Shown: positions 10,359 to 19,038 of the stretch, piece after piece | Layout of the letters: each line of letters starts with the position of its first letter | Numbering within the stretch: position 1 is the stretch's first letter | DNA from: Candidatus Bathyarchaeia archaeon | GTDB taxonomy: Archaea > Thermoproteota > Bathyarchaeia > Bathyarchaeales > Bathycorpusculaceae | Length of the DNA stretch: 64,000 nt | Reading direction: 5' to 3' | Assembly (NCBI GenBank): GCA_050015055.1 | Contig: JBEKCD010000018.1 | Location: 85-64,084, forward strand | Position numbers and translations under genes: made by a program | The notes under the pieces: generated by a model | Databases searched by the model: none | Seen by the model: the letters and a program-made list of their open reading frames with translations, nothing else | What the model was told of the DNA's origin: nothing

Positions 10359-11057
10359 TTGAAAGTGTCGATTGGAAAGACTCCTTCAAAGAACGAAGTG
10401 CTTTTCGTGTGGCTTAATCACTATGCCGGAGTGACCCTTAAGACTCCTTCAAAAACATTGGTGATTGATCCTGTGGACGTTAAGCCCCGAGACTTCAAGA
10501 GTGTTGATGCGGTCTTGATCACTCATGAGCATTATGACCACATGGACCCATCCCTGATTTCAGAGCTTCAGAAATCAACGCAGTGCGTCGTCGTTGCCGA
10601 TCCGACTTCCGTGAAAAAACTGCGCCACTTGATTTCTCCGGAAAAACTGGTTGAGGTCAGGCCTGGTTCAGAAGTCAAGTTTGACTCGGTCTCGGTGAAG
10701 GTCGAAAGCTGCAATCATCCTCCTGCAACTACGCCAGTCTCCTTCATAATCGCGAGCGAGGACGATATCAAAGTCTTTCATACGGCGGACAGTCTGCCGT
10801 TTCCTGAAATGGCCACGCTTGGTGAAAGGGAGAAACTGGACCTTGTTTTCTGTACTGTGGGGATCGCGCCTGGGACTTCGCCGGAAACCGGCTTTGAGAT
10901 TGCAAGGTTGACCAAGCCGAAGGTTGCTGTCCCTTATCACACTGGGTCAGTGGTGGATCAGAGGAAATTTGCTGAGCTTGTGAAGAAGGAGATGCCGAGG
11001 ATGACCTGTTTGATTCCTGAAACTGGAAAGATATATCAGGTTTCGAAGAGGAAGTGA
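10359..11057 (+). CDS. MBL-fold metallo-hydrolase
   Basis: 'HEHYDHMD' metallo-β-lactamase motif. Confidence 0.6.
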   Translation: MKVSIGKTPSKNEVLFVWLNHYAGVTLKTPSKTLVIDPVDVKPRDFKSVDAVLITHEHYDHMDPSLISELQKSTQCVVVADPTSVKKLRHLISPEKLVEVRPGSEVKFDSVSVKVESCNHPPATTPVSFIIASEDDIKVFHTADSLPFPEMATLGEREKLDLVFCTVGIAPGTSPETGFEIARLTKPKVAVPYHTGSVVDQRKFAELVKKEMPRMTCLIPETGKIYQVSKRK

Positions 11058-11058
11058 A

Positions 11059-11700
11059 ATGTTGCCGAACCAAAAGGCCAGTGAATCTGTGAAGATTGAA
11101 ATCTGCAAGATTCTTGACCGTATAGGAGCGTTCAAGTTCGGAGCCTTTAGGCTTTCGAGTGGAAAGATGAGTCCGTACTACATAGATCTTCGGATAGTCC
11201 CGAGTTTTCCTGATGCTTTTCGGGAGGTATGCAGCGTCTATGCGGATTTTATAAAAAACAAGGTCGGAACAAAGAGCTTTGAGAGGGTTGCGGCTATTCC
11301 GGTTGCGGGCATACCGTTCGCTGCCTTGATTGCGTATGACCTGAAGAAGCCGTTCCTGTACATACGCAAGGGGGTGCGTCGTCATGGAAGAGAGAGAAGA
11401 ATAGAAGGAGTCATCGCGCCCGGAGACCACATACTCTTGGTTGATGACCTTGTTACTACTGGCTTGTCATTGCAGAAGGCGGCGAAGACCATCGTTGCTG
11501 AGGGCGGGTTGGTGACGGACGCGGTTGTGCTTCTAGATCGTCAAGAAGGCGGAAAAGAGAGACTGGCGAAGAGCGGAATGAGAGTTCACGCGTTGCTCAA
11601 CATCACTGAAATAGCTAACACACTGCATGAGCTGGGGACGATAGACGAAGAACAGCTTAGAACCATTCTGAGACAGATTAAGACGGGACAAAAAAAGTGA
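11059..11700 (+). CDS. pyrE: Orotate phosphoribosyltransferase
   Basis: PRPP-binding motif 'LLVDDLVTTG', 213 aa. Confidence 0.8.
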   Translation: MLPNQKASESVKIEICKILDRIGAFKFGAFRLSSGKMSPYYIDLRIVPSFPDAFREVCSVYADFIKNKVGTKSFERVAAIPVAGIPFAALIAYDLKKPFLYIRKGVRRHGRERRIEGVIAPGDHILLVDDLVTTGLSLQKAAKTIVAEGGLVTDAVVLLDRQEGGKERLAKSGMRVHALLNITEIANTLHELGTIDEEQLRTILRQIKTGQKK

Positions 11701-11708
11701 GTTCAGGT

Positions 11709-12278
11709 TTAGAGAGGTTGTTCGTAGAATATTAGTTCTTGATCCTCGAGTATCTTGTGAAGCTTGTGCACTGCGTCAAAGACATCTTGTTCTTTCTTGG
11801 CTCCGGTGCAGACAAGTTTCCCGCTTGCAAACAGCAGTATGACGACCTTGGGCTCGTCCATCCTGTAAATCAAACCGGGAAACTGTTCAGGTTCGTACAT
11901 CGTCTTTCCGAGTGTGTACGCGGCTTTTTCCAGGTCTATCATTCCCCCTAGGCTGGCTGAGGCGACTATGTTCTGAATCTTCAGCTCCGGTTTGCTGATA
12001 ATTATTATTCCGCCCTTCTTTAACTCCTTGACCACTTTCATGACGGCTCTGCGTGATTCCTTCTCCGACTTTGCCCCCGTGCAGACCATCTTTCCAGAGT
12101 TGAAGATCAGCGTCGCCGTCTTGGGCCTCTTGAGCCTGAACACTAGGCCTGGAAATTGTTCTGGGCGGTATTCAACTCCCGGATAACTCTTCACAACGGC
12201 GTTCAGGTCAACTTTCTGGTTTAGAGTGGCGGAGGCGACGACGTTCTCGATTTTTATTATGGCTTTGCTCTTCGGCAT
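11709..12278 (-). CDS. tbp: TATA-box-binding protein
   Basis: Two direct TBP repeats ('IENVVASATL...GKMVCTGAKSE' and 'IQNIVASASL...GKLVCTGAKKE'). Confidence 0.9.
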   Translation of the reverse strand: MPKSKAIIKIENVVASATLNQKVDLNAVVKSYPGVEYRPEQFPGLVFRLKRPKTATLIFNSGKMVCTGAKSEKESRRAVMKVVKELKKGGIIIISKPELKIQNIVASASLGGMIDLEKAAYTLGKTMYEPEQFPGLIYRMDEPKVVILLFASGKLVCTGAKKEQDVFDAVHKLHKILEDQELIFYEQPL

Positions 12279-12304
12279 GGAATCCCACTTCTTACTACTG
12301 AATT

Positions 12305-12328
12305 GCTTATATACTCTTTATAAGCCTT
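12305..12328 (-). promoter_or_regulatory. Putative BRE/TATA promoter of tbp
   Basis: 'cttatatactctttataag' lies 27–50 bp upstream of the tbp ATG. On the coding strand the TATA element reads TTATAAAG / TATATAAG. Confidence 0.4.
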
Positions 12329-12488
12329 AAGTAACTGCATTTTCAGTTTGGGCAGCGTGCTCTCGCTTCCTGAACGACGTGAGAGAAAGGGTTCTGTTTC
12401 TTTTGTTTTTTGGAAAGGGTGTTTTAAGCTTCTTTTCAGTGACAAGCTTTGAGTCATGGTTAGTCCACGTCTGGATTCGGCACATTCA

Positions 12489-12548
12489 GGCATGAATCGT
12501 ACTGAAAAGGCGCGAATCGTATGGGAAAGGTGCGAATCGTTGTCGTGG
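12489..12548. repeat. Three tandem 20-bp direct repeats with core GGNGNGAATCGT
   Basis: The units are ggcatgaatcgtactgaaaa, ggcgcgaatcgtatgggaaa and ggtgcgaatcgttgtcgtgg. An inverted half-site ggattcg lies just upstream at 12472–12478. The array is 210–270 bp upstream of tbp. Confidence 0.6.
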
Positions 12549-12803
12549 ACTGAGTCGGTGAGTTTCAAGGCTGTGTTGCAGAGGGGGAACCGCGTTCAGA
12601 TTCCTAGGTTGTCCGTGGTGGATGTTTGTAGTTTTCAGCGTCTCTTGCTTTTGCGGCGGTTAGGGTTGAATAGTGCGGAATCATTCGCTGAGGGTTGCGG
12701 CTGTCAACGTGGAGACTAGGGACTGAAGCCTAGACGCTTTGGCAGATGACGAGTCTCTCTGGAAAAAGGATAGATAATTGGATGTGGCTGGTGCGAAAGA
12801 GTG

Positions 12804-13208
12804 TTATCGTGCAAAGTTGTCGGTCCATTCTGGTGGCTGTGGTGTTTGATTTGTTGAGAGCATTGTGCGCCAATCTTCGTCTGTGAGCCTATTGTTCACG
12901 GGCATGGTGAATTCGTAGTAGTTGAACACTGGTCCTGCGGCGGAGTGGAGTGTGCCGTTTGTATCTGCGTAGACAACGACTAGTATGTTGAAGTTTCCGA
13001 GCGCTTCTTCCAAGACTCTTCCTTTGTATAGATCGGTGTGTACGTCAGCGGCTAGTGATGCTTGTTGGGTTGTGTCGGTGCCCAGAAAGCCTTCGACTGT
13101 GAAGCATCCCTTTGCGGCATTTCTTATTTGGTTCTGCAAGTTGGGGTCTAGAGTTTTTCCTTCCAGTTCGACTTTGGAGGCGTTGAGGAATAGTTCAGAA
13201 TCTTGCAT
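12804..13208 (-). CDS. Hypothetical protein, possibly the detached C-terminal part of the upstream TrxR-like gene
   Basis: Starts 8 bp after the stop of 13217..13810. Its N-terminus 'QDSELFLNASKVEL' resembles the TrxR segment 'QDRLFANPKIEVL'. Confidence 0.3.
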   Translation of the reverse strand: MQDSELFLNASKVELEGKTLDPNLQNQIRNAAKGCFTVEGFLGTDTTQQASLAADVHTDLYKGRVLEEALGNFNILVVVYADTNGTLHSAAGPVFNYYEFTMPVNNRLTDEDWRTMLSTNQTPQPPEWTDNFAR

Positions 13209-13216
13209 AAACGATG

Positions 13217-13810
13217 CTAGGCTGCTCTGTGTAAAGCGCGCGCGCTTTTCAGTTGCTCTTTCATCTGTTCGTCAATGTCAATCATGTTAGCATGGTTGAC
13301 CAATCTTACATTCTTGGCTATTGTGGTCAATTGCAAAGCTTCCTTAACAGCTTCTTTGACATTGCCAACGACGATTATGTCCTTTCCCTTAAGAAAAGGC
13401 GCGCTGCATTCTGCACAGTAAGCAACACCGCCACCGAGCCAAGTCTCCCATTTCATACCTATGCCTTTCATTCCATCCCCGGTCGATAGAATCAAAGCCT
13501 TGCATTCATACGTTCCCCGTTCAGTTTCCACGGCTTTTTCTTTTCGGTGAAGAGAAAGCTTGACAACCTCCTCCGAAGTGTGGAGCTCTGCACCCTCCTT
13601 CTCTGCTTGATGTGCCATTTTCTCCATGAGTTTCAGTCCGGAAATCTTGCTCCGAAAGCCCGGATAGTTGCTTACTCCACGCGCTCTAGTTGCAATTCCA
13701 CCTGCTGCCTCGTCTTCCTCCATAAGGAGCGTGTGCAAGCCGAAACCCGAAGAATGGATGGCAGCGGCTAAACCTGCGGGTCCACCGCCAACAATAATGA
13801 TGTCATACAC
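13217..13810 (-). CDS. FAD-dependent pyridine-nucleotide-disulfide oxidoreductase, thioredoxin-reductase-like but only 197 aa (truncated or split)
   Basis: 'IIIVGGGPAGLAAA' FAD motif, 'NYPGF' and a CAEC redox CxxC. The ORF ends where canonical TrxR continues for about 110 more residues. Confidence 0.55.
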   Translation of the reverse strand: MYDIIIVGGGPAGLAAAIHSSGFGLHTLLMEEDEAAGGIATRARGVSNYPGFRSKISGLKLMEKMAHQAEKEGAELHTSEEVVKLSLHRKEKAVETERGTYECKALILSTGDGMKGIGMKWETWLGGGVAYCAECSAPFLKGKDIIVVGNVKEAVKEALQLTTIAKNVRLVNHANMIDIDEQMKEQLKSARALHRAA

Positions 13811-14054
13811 ATTATTGGCCTCCTTCTATCATTAAACTATATGCGATCTCTTAGAATTAACTGTAACAGACCACGCTTGAGGGTTTGTCTTCGAACCGTT
13901 GTGTAGGGGTTGGGTTTTAACCGAGCGCTGGTAAGATGGCGTCGTGGAAAGGATTTTGTCCCGAGTTTGTTAGTAAAAGGCAAAAAAACGCGCGCTTACT
14001 CTTGATGTGGAGAACTCGAAGGAAAACGGGGAAAATCGGTTATTGAGGTGCAAT

Positions 14055-15197
14055 CTATAGCTGCAATGCACCATTCTTGACTAGCGTTTTGCCATCAATC
14101 TTGACGGTTGCTTTCGTCATTGAAGCCCACCAATGACGATTTCCTGGCGTTCGGTTTTCTCCTCCCTTATCTTCGTTGCCGCCGATCCCGATTGTAACGC
14201 CGCCCAAAACTTTGTCATCTTGAGTGAAGCCATGTTTCAAGCCAGCATTCAGTCCCAGCCCGAAGAATGCAAACTTGGCGGCGTCGCCCTCACATGACTT
14301 AAGATAGTTTTCAAACTCAGAAATCCCAGATTGCGCCTCGTAACTAACGACTTCTCCCTGCTTGAAATGCAGGGTTAAATCCCTAATCTTTTTACCTCCC
14401 CTAACCGAAATCACAGCATCATAGACTACAGCTCCCTTTGCGCTGGTTTCGTCTGCTGCAACTTCCACAAAGCCTGAAGGCAAGAACTTCAAGGTTCCTT
14501 TGGCTCCATCTTCCTTGTTCACCACGCTGTCTCCTGAAATAGGTTCACGCCCAGTCAACTTGAACTTGAGTTTTGTGCCAAAGGACGTCTCAACACTTAC
14601 ATCTCGACCCTTCTTAACGAATTCGGCCACCCTAGAGATCGTTCGGGCGATTTCCTGCTGATTGATAAGACAACCGGCCAGCATGACCCCCTTCCATCTT
14701 TTATGATCCAAACCCAAAGCCTGCGCCCGTTCTTTCGTAGCCAAGCAATATTCGACGCCTAGCATGCGAATGGAGTGTTCATGAGCAATCTTTCGCCATG
14801 CGTCCATGTACTTGTTTGACTCTAGAAACCAAAGGTTAGCAAGTTCCTGTTTTTCCGAAGGAATTTTGTCCCAATCCACGGGGTTCTTCGGACCCAGCAG
14901 AAAAATGAAGGCATCAGTCTGTTCCAAGGCAGCAGCTTGATGTGCAGGCAAAATCTCCAACAGTCTTTTCGGGATTTCTAGTAGTGAACGCGTCCAGTAG
15001 TCCTCCGTGGTGAAAGTAATGAATGGGTGGGCTCCTTTTTCCCGACAAGCAAAGGCTATTTCGGAAGCAATTTCAGTCGTATGATCCCAACCATGAATCC
15101 AAACGTTTTCGCCCTCTCTAATGTTCAAGCATCCAGAAACTATTTGACGTGCAAGCTGTCTGTGGTCTTCCATTTGCTCTGTCTCCATGGTTTTCAT
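14055..15197 (-). CDS. Aminopeptidase (M29/AmpS-like thermophilic metalloaminopeptidase family)
   Basis: 380 aa, family-like layout with conserved Glu/His/Asp metal ligands. Confidence 0.6.
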   Translation of the reverse strand: MKTMETEQMEDHRQLARQIVSGCLNIREGENVWIHGWDHTTEIASEIAFACREKGAHPFITFTTEDYWTRSLLEIPKRLLEILPAHQAAALEQTDAFIFLLGPKNPVDWDKIPSEKQELANLWFLESNKYMDAWRKIAHEHSIRMLGVEYCLATKERAQALGLDHKRWKGVMLAGCLINQQEIARTISRVAEFVKKGRDVSVETSFGTKLKFKLTGREPISGDSVVNKEDGAKGTLKFLPSGFVEVAADETSAKGAVVYDAVISVRGGKKIRDLTLHFKQGEVVSYEAQSGISEFENYLKSCEGDAAKFAFFGLGLNAGLKHGFTQDDKVLGGVTIGIGGNEDKGGENRTPGNRHWWASMTKATVKIDGKTLVKNGALQL

Positions 15198-15293
15198 ACG
15201 TTCTATTAGCAGTTAAATTTTCTCTCCACGCATGCGCAGAGGAGCCCGCGACTGTGTTCAAGTTTAAGAACTCGGGCCTTTACATAACCAACT

Positions 15294-15986
15294 ATGGAAG
15301 AGAAGTATCGCCAATTGAGGACGATTGTTGAGAAGGAAATGGACGTAGCAAGTCCCGCACACGACATCAATCATGTGATGAGAGTCTACAACTTGTGCCT
15401 AGAATTGGCAAGCTATGAACTTGATGTTGATATGGACGTCCTGAAAACCGCGGCCTTGCTTCATGACATCGCCAGGACTAAAGAAGACAAACATGGACAT
15501 ACCTATCTGCTGAGTGTAGACCATGCTGCTCTCGGGGCTGAGATGAGCGGCAAAATCCTGAAAGAGCTGGGTTATCCAGAAGAAAAAATAGAGCATATCA
15601 AACATTGCATCGCAGCCCACAGATTCAGAGGAGGAAACACGGCAAAAACAATAGAAGCAAAGATTCTGTCTGACGCTGACAAACTGGACGTTTTGGGAGC
15701 AACAGGAATTGCAAGATCATACTCGATTGGAGGAGAATGTGGCCAGAAAATCCATTTGGACACTCCAGTAGACAAGTACATCAAAGAAAACCTTGCTGGC
15801 GGCAAGCCTGACGGCAGAATCATAGATCCATCAAAGCACGCCTCAAACCTCGAGTTCGAAACAAAATTCAAACACATCCCAGATAAACTGCATACTCAAA
15901 AAGCAAGAGCAATTGCAAGAGAAAGATTGGAGTATATGGCGCAGTTCTTTGAAAGACTGAAAAGAGAAATTGACGGTCAATTATAG
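15294..15986 (+). CDS. HD-domain phosphohydrolase
   Basis: 'HD' motif ('LLHDIART') and the 'HCIAAHR'/'DADKLD' His/Asp ligand pattern. Confidence 0.7.
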   Translation: MEEKYRQLRTIVEKEMDVASPAHDINHVMRVYNLCLELASYELDVDMDVLKTAALLHDIARTKEDKHGHTYLLSVDHAALGAEMSGKILKELGYPEEKIEHIKHCIAAHRFRGGNTAKTIEAKILSDADKLDVLGATGIARSYSIGGECGQKIHLDTPVDKYIKENLAGGKPDGRIIDPSKHASNLEFETKFKHIPDKLHTQKARAIARERLEYMAQFFERLKREIDGQL

Positions 15987-16514
15987 ATTCAAGCGGTGAA
16001 GACCTTGAAGAATATATGTTTTGGTGATCTCCCGAACTCCCTAATCCTATTCGCGATATCTTCTTCCCTACAACTATTTCGGCACTGAATCTAGTAAGGT
16101 GCTATGGAAGTATCCTCTATTCCACACACAGAGCAAGTGTCGCCTCTAAGTTGTCGTAGCCTCAAGACCGATGGAAAACGTCAAAGAACTTTGCTGCGTT
16201 GTCTTTCATCGTTTTGCAGTGCGCGCGCTATGACACTTTCATTTTAGCTCCTATCGTGGGTGGAATAAGCAAAGACGGACCAAACGAAGAGGATTTAAAG
16301 AAAGCCCAAGCGTTTGCGGGAAAATTTAAGAAATAGACTTCGGCCGTTTAGAGACGCGTACGCCCATGATAATTCACCTAGGCATGCATTTTGGTACCTT
16401 TAGCGTAATCCAAGGAGCAACGTAGAAATGATGCCTTTTCCCCGATAACTTTGTTTCAGCGGTCAACTTCGTCTAGGCCATGGCTGCTTTTACAAGCTTG
16501 CGCCGAGCTTCTTG

Positions 16515-16775
16515 CTATCTCAGATATTCAACTTTGCGCTTGCGATATAGCTTGCATTCTTTGACGACTTTTTTCCCGTATAGCGGCGGGTACATCACAC
16601 CCATCCCTGCCAGCAACATGAGTTGCGTTGCCTGATCCTGCCTTGTTTCGCTGTACTCTGGGCATCCTATGCATTCATCGGGGAACTCATTGAAGCACAC
16701 ATGTTGTACTTCCAACACTATTCCCCCAGCGCGAACGCTCGGGATATCTTCTTCCTTAGATGACAAAGGGGCCAA
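16515..16775 (-). CDS. Small hypothetical CxxC protein
   Basis: 86 aa with a 'DECIGCPEY' motif. It is the only ORF in a 1.1 kb gene-poor interval. Confidence 0.3.
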   Translation of the reverse strand: MAPLSSKEEDIPSVRAGGIVLEVQHVCFNEFPDECIGCPEYSETRQDQATQLMLLAGMGVMYPPLYGKKVVKECKLYRKRKVEYLR

Positions 16776-17137
16776 ACGAAGATATTAAGATGTATGGAGC
16801 TATGTTCTATCTTCGCTCAGTAGCTCCCTCTTTCTTGCACTGAAAACCGGTGCTATCGTCTTCATAACTGAAGCCTCATCGTTAGATGTTTGGAGCTTCA
16901 GTTCCTTTAATGTTTTCATTCTTATTCGTCTTGAAGATAGCTTCGAGTTCTAACTCAATGCTTTTTCAGTTCCTCGTGATTGCACGAGACTGACCCTCGT
17001 TTTGAGGTGCTAAGAAAAAAGTGCCGACTTGGGAAGAAAATACTAGCGCGCGCGTTCTGTTGCAATAGGTGTGATGCATCAGCGACAGTCTTTATAGGTT
17101 GACAGCCGGTTTACTTTTTGTCGTTGTGAAGGATGAA

Positions 17138-17668
17138 ATGTTGCTCATAGAACTGAAGGCAAGATTAAACGGACTGGAAGGCGTCAGAAGTAATTTGCTG
17201 CAATCGGGTGCGCAATGCTCAGGTAGTTTTCACCAAATTGACACCTGCTTTCGGGTTCCTAAAGGTAATCTCAAGATCAGAGAAACTGAGGGGCAAGCCA
17301 GTGCGGCCATCATTTTTTACGAAAGACCCAACATACCGCATATCAAGAAGAGCTATGTTATGTTAATTCAAGCCCAACCGGGAGACATAGCAAAGGAATT
17401 GCTAACTAAATTCCTTCCCACCAAGGTTATTGTGGAAAAGATTAGAGAAATCTACATTCTGAAAGAAACCAACGTACACTTGGATCAAGTAACTCGGTTG
17501 GGGAATTTCATAGGACTTGAACAACCAACACCCGATGAAGCCAGCGAAATCGAGAAAAGCAGATCACTCCTTGCCGATCTTTGCATGAAACTCGGTGTAA
17601 AAGAAGAGGACTTGGAAGCACTCTCTTGCGCTGATCTTCTGTTAGCACAAGCAAGAGGATGCAGATAA
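17138..17668 (+). CDS. CYTH-domain protein (class IV adenylyl cyclase / triphosphate tunnel metalloenzyme-like)
   Basis: A conserved 'ELK' N-terminal motif follows an internal start at M14 ('MLLIELKARL'). About 176 aa, typical CYTH size. Confidence 0.5.
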   Translation: MLLIELKARLNGLEGVRSNLLQSGAQCSGSFHQIDTCFRVPKGNLKIRETEGQASAAIIFYERPNIPHIKKSYVMLIQAQPGDIAKELLTKFLPTKVIVEKIREIYILKETNVHLDQVTRLGNFIGLEQPTPDEASEIEKSRSLLADLCMKLGVKEEDLEALSCADLLLAQARGCR

Positions 17669-17784
17669 GAAAGAGAGTTCCCTGGATCAGATTCCAAGAG
17701 GAGAATCCTTCTTGAGCGCGCACCTTTAGATTTAACTCTCATCTGTGACGACCCCTCATTCTTCTGCGTGTTTGTGATCAGCAA

Positions 17785-18837
17785 TTGGCCACAGCGACAG
17801 CTGGCAACAGCTTGGCAAGGAGTACACCGAATTGGTTAAAAGAACTGCATCGGGAAATGAATGTTATGGATCATTGGGAAACATGCCTAGAAAAAGACCT
17901 CGCAGATTGGTTGTTTAGTGGCGAACCATGGGTCACTTACCGCACTTTGACTGATCTTCTGGATACAGAGAAAGGCGACGGGAAAGTTTTAGTTGCGCGA
18001 AAAGGTGTTCTTGAACACAAACTCATCAGGAAAATTCTAGATAAGCGAAATCTAAGGGGTTACTGGGGTGTTCCGAAGGATATTCACACTTGGTGGCCCA
18101 AGAAGGATACGACTTTTTGGGTCTTAGGGATTCTAGGAGACTTCGGGTTGAGAGTCGAGGACGAAGAACTAGCTAGAGCGACTGAGTATGTTTTCAGTAT
18201 CCAACAGGAGCGCGGTGCGTTCCTCGGGTTTGATCCTAGACTTCCTTACGATTGCCACACAGCGATTCTCACAGAGTCTATGGCAAAGCTCGGGCTTCTC
18301 TCGGATCGAAGAGTGCAGAGAGCCTATGATTGGCTTCTAGGAAGGCAAAGACATGACGGTGGATGGTGGTGTAAGAACACAGGTCAGGTTGGTGGACCAC
18401 GCGAAAAGGAGCCGAGCTGCGCAATGGCCACGATGTTTGTGCTTGGAGCATTGGCTCAAAATCCCAGACTTCGAAACAGTGAAGTTGTCCGGAGAGGAGT
18501 TGATTTTCTTTTCGGATGCTGGGAAAACAGGGGGAAGATAAAATACGCTGGCCATGATAGCCAAGTTGGAACTGATTGGGAGAAGCTGAAATACCCTTTC
18601 ACAGACTACAAGATCTTGAAGTTTCTGGATGTTCTATCTCAGTTTGAGTACACCAAGCAAAGGCTCCAAGAATCAGAAATGGTAGACCTACTTCTCTCAA
18701 AACAAGACAGTAAAGGAAGGTTTACCCCTGAATCAATCGTCAAAGCCTGGTCTGATTTCGACTTTGGACAGAAAGATAAACCTTCAAGGTGGATCACACT
18801 TCTAGCTCTGCGCATAGCCAAGAGAATCTGCAGCTAG
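17785..18837 (+). CDS. Prenyltransferase/squalene-cyclase-like alpha-alpha-toroid repeat protein
   Basis: QW-type motif 'DWLLGRQRHDGGWW' and repeated aromatic-rich segments. Confidence 0.45.
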   Translation: MATATAGNSLARSTPNWLKELHREMNVMDHWETCLEKDLADWLFSGEPWVTYRTLTDLLDTEKGDGKVLVARKGVLEHKLIRKILDKRNLRGYWGVPKDIHTWWPKKDTTFWVLGILGDFGLRVEDEELARATEYVFSIQQERGAFLGFDPRLPYDCHTAILTESMAKLGLLSDRRVQRAYDWLLGRQRHDGGWWCKNTGQVGGPREKEPSCAMATMFVLGALAQNPRLRNSEVVRRGVDFLFGCWENRGKIKYAGHDSQVGTDWEKLKYPFTDYKILKFLDVLSQFEYTKQRLQESEMVDLLLSKQDSKGRFTPESIVKAWSDFDFGQKDKPSRWITLLALRIAKRICS

Positions 18838-19038
18838 ACCTTGCTACGCGCGCGAAGCAAATTTCCATATTCCTCGATTCCATGAACAGCAAAGTGCTGA
18901 GTGGGCCGCGCTAGTGTTTGTGTCGTTTTTTTTGGGGGGGTTACTTTTGATATTGATTCTGTGTTCATAAGTGTTTAATCGAAAGAAAGACCTTCAAGAC
19001 AACGTGACGTGAGGCGCGTGTAGTGGCTAGTATGAAGC

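Noticed and set aside
12456-12719. 87-aa ORF covering the tandem-repeat region upstream of tbp
   Set aside because: It has no coding-like composition, overlaps the repeat array, and shows no motif. It is treated as non-coding.
18926-18940. T8G7 homopolymer run as a stand-alone feature
   Set aside because: It is noted under the sensor-kinase finding. On its own it is probably just promoter-region low complexity.
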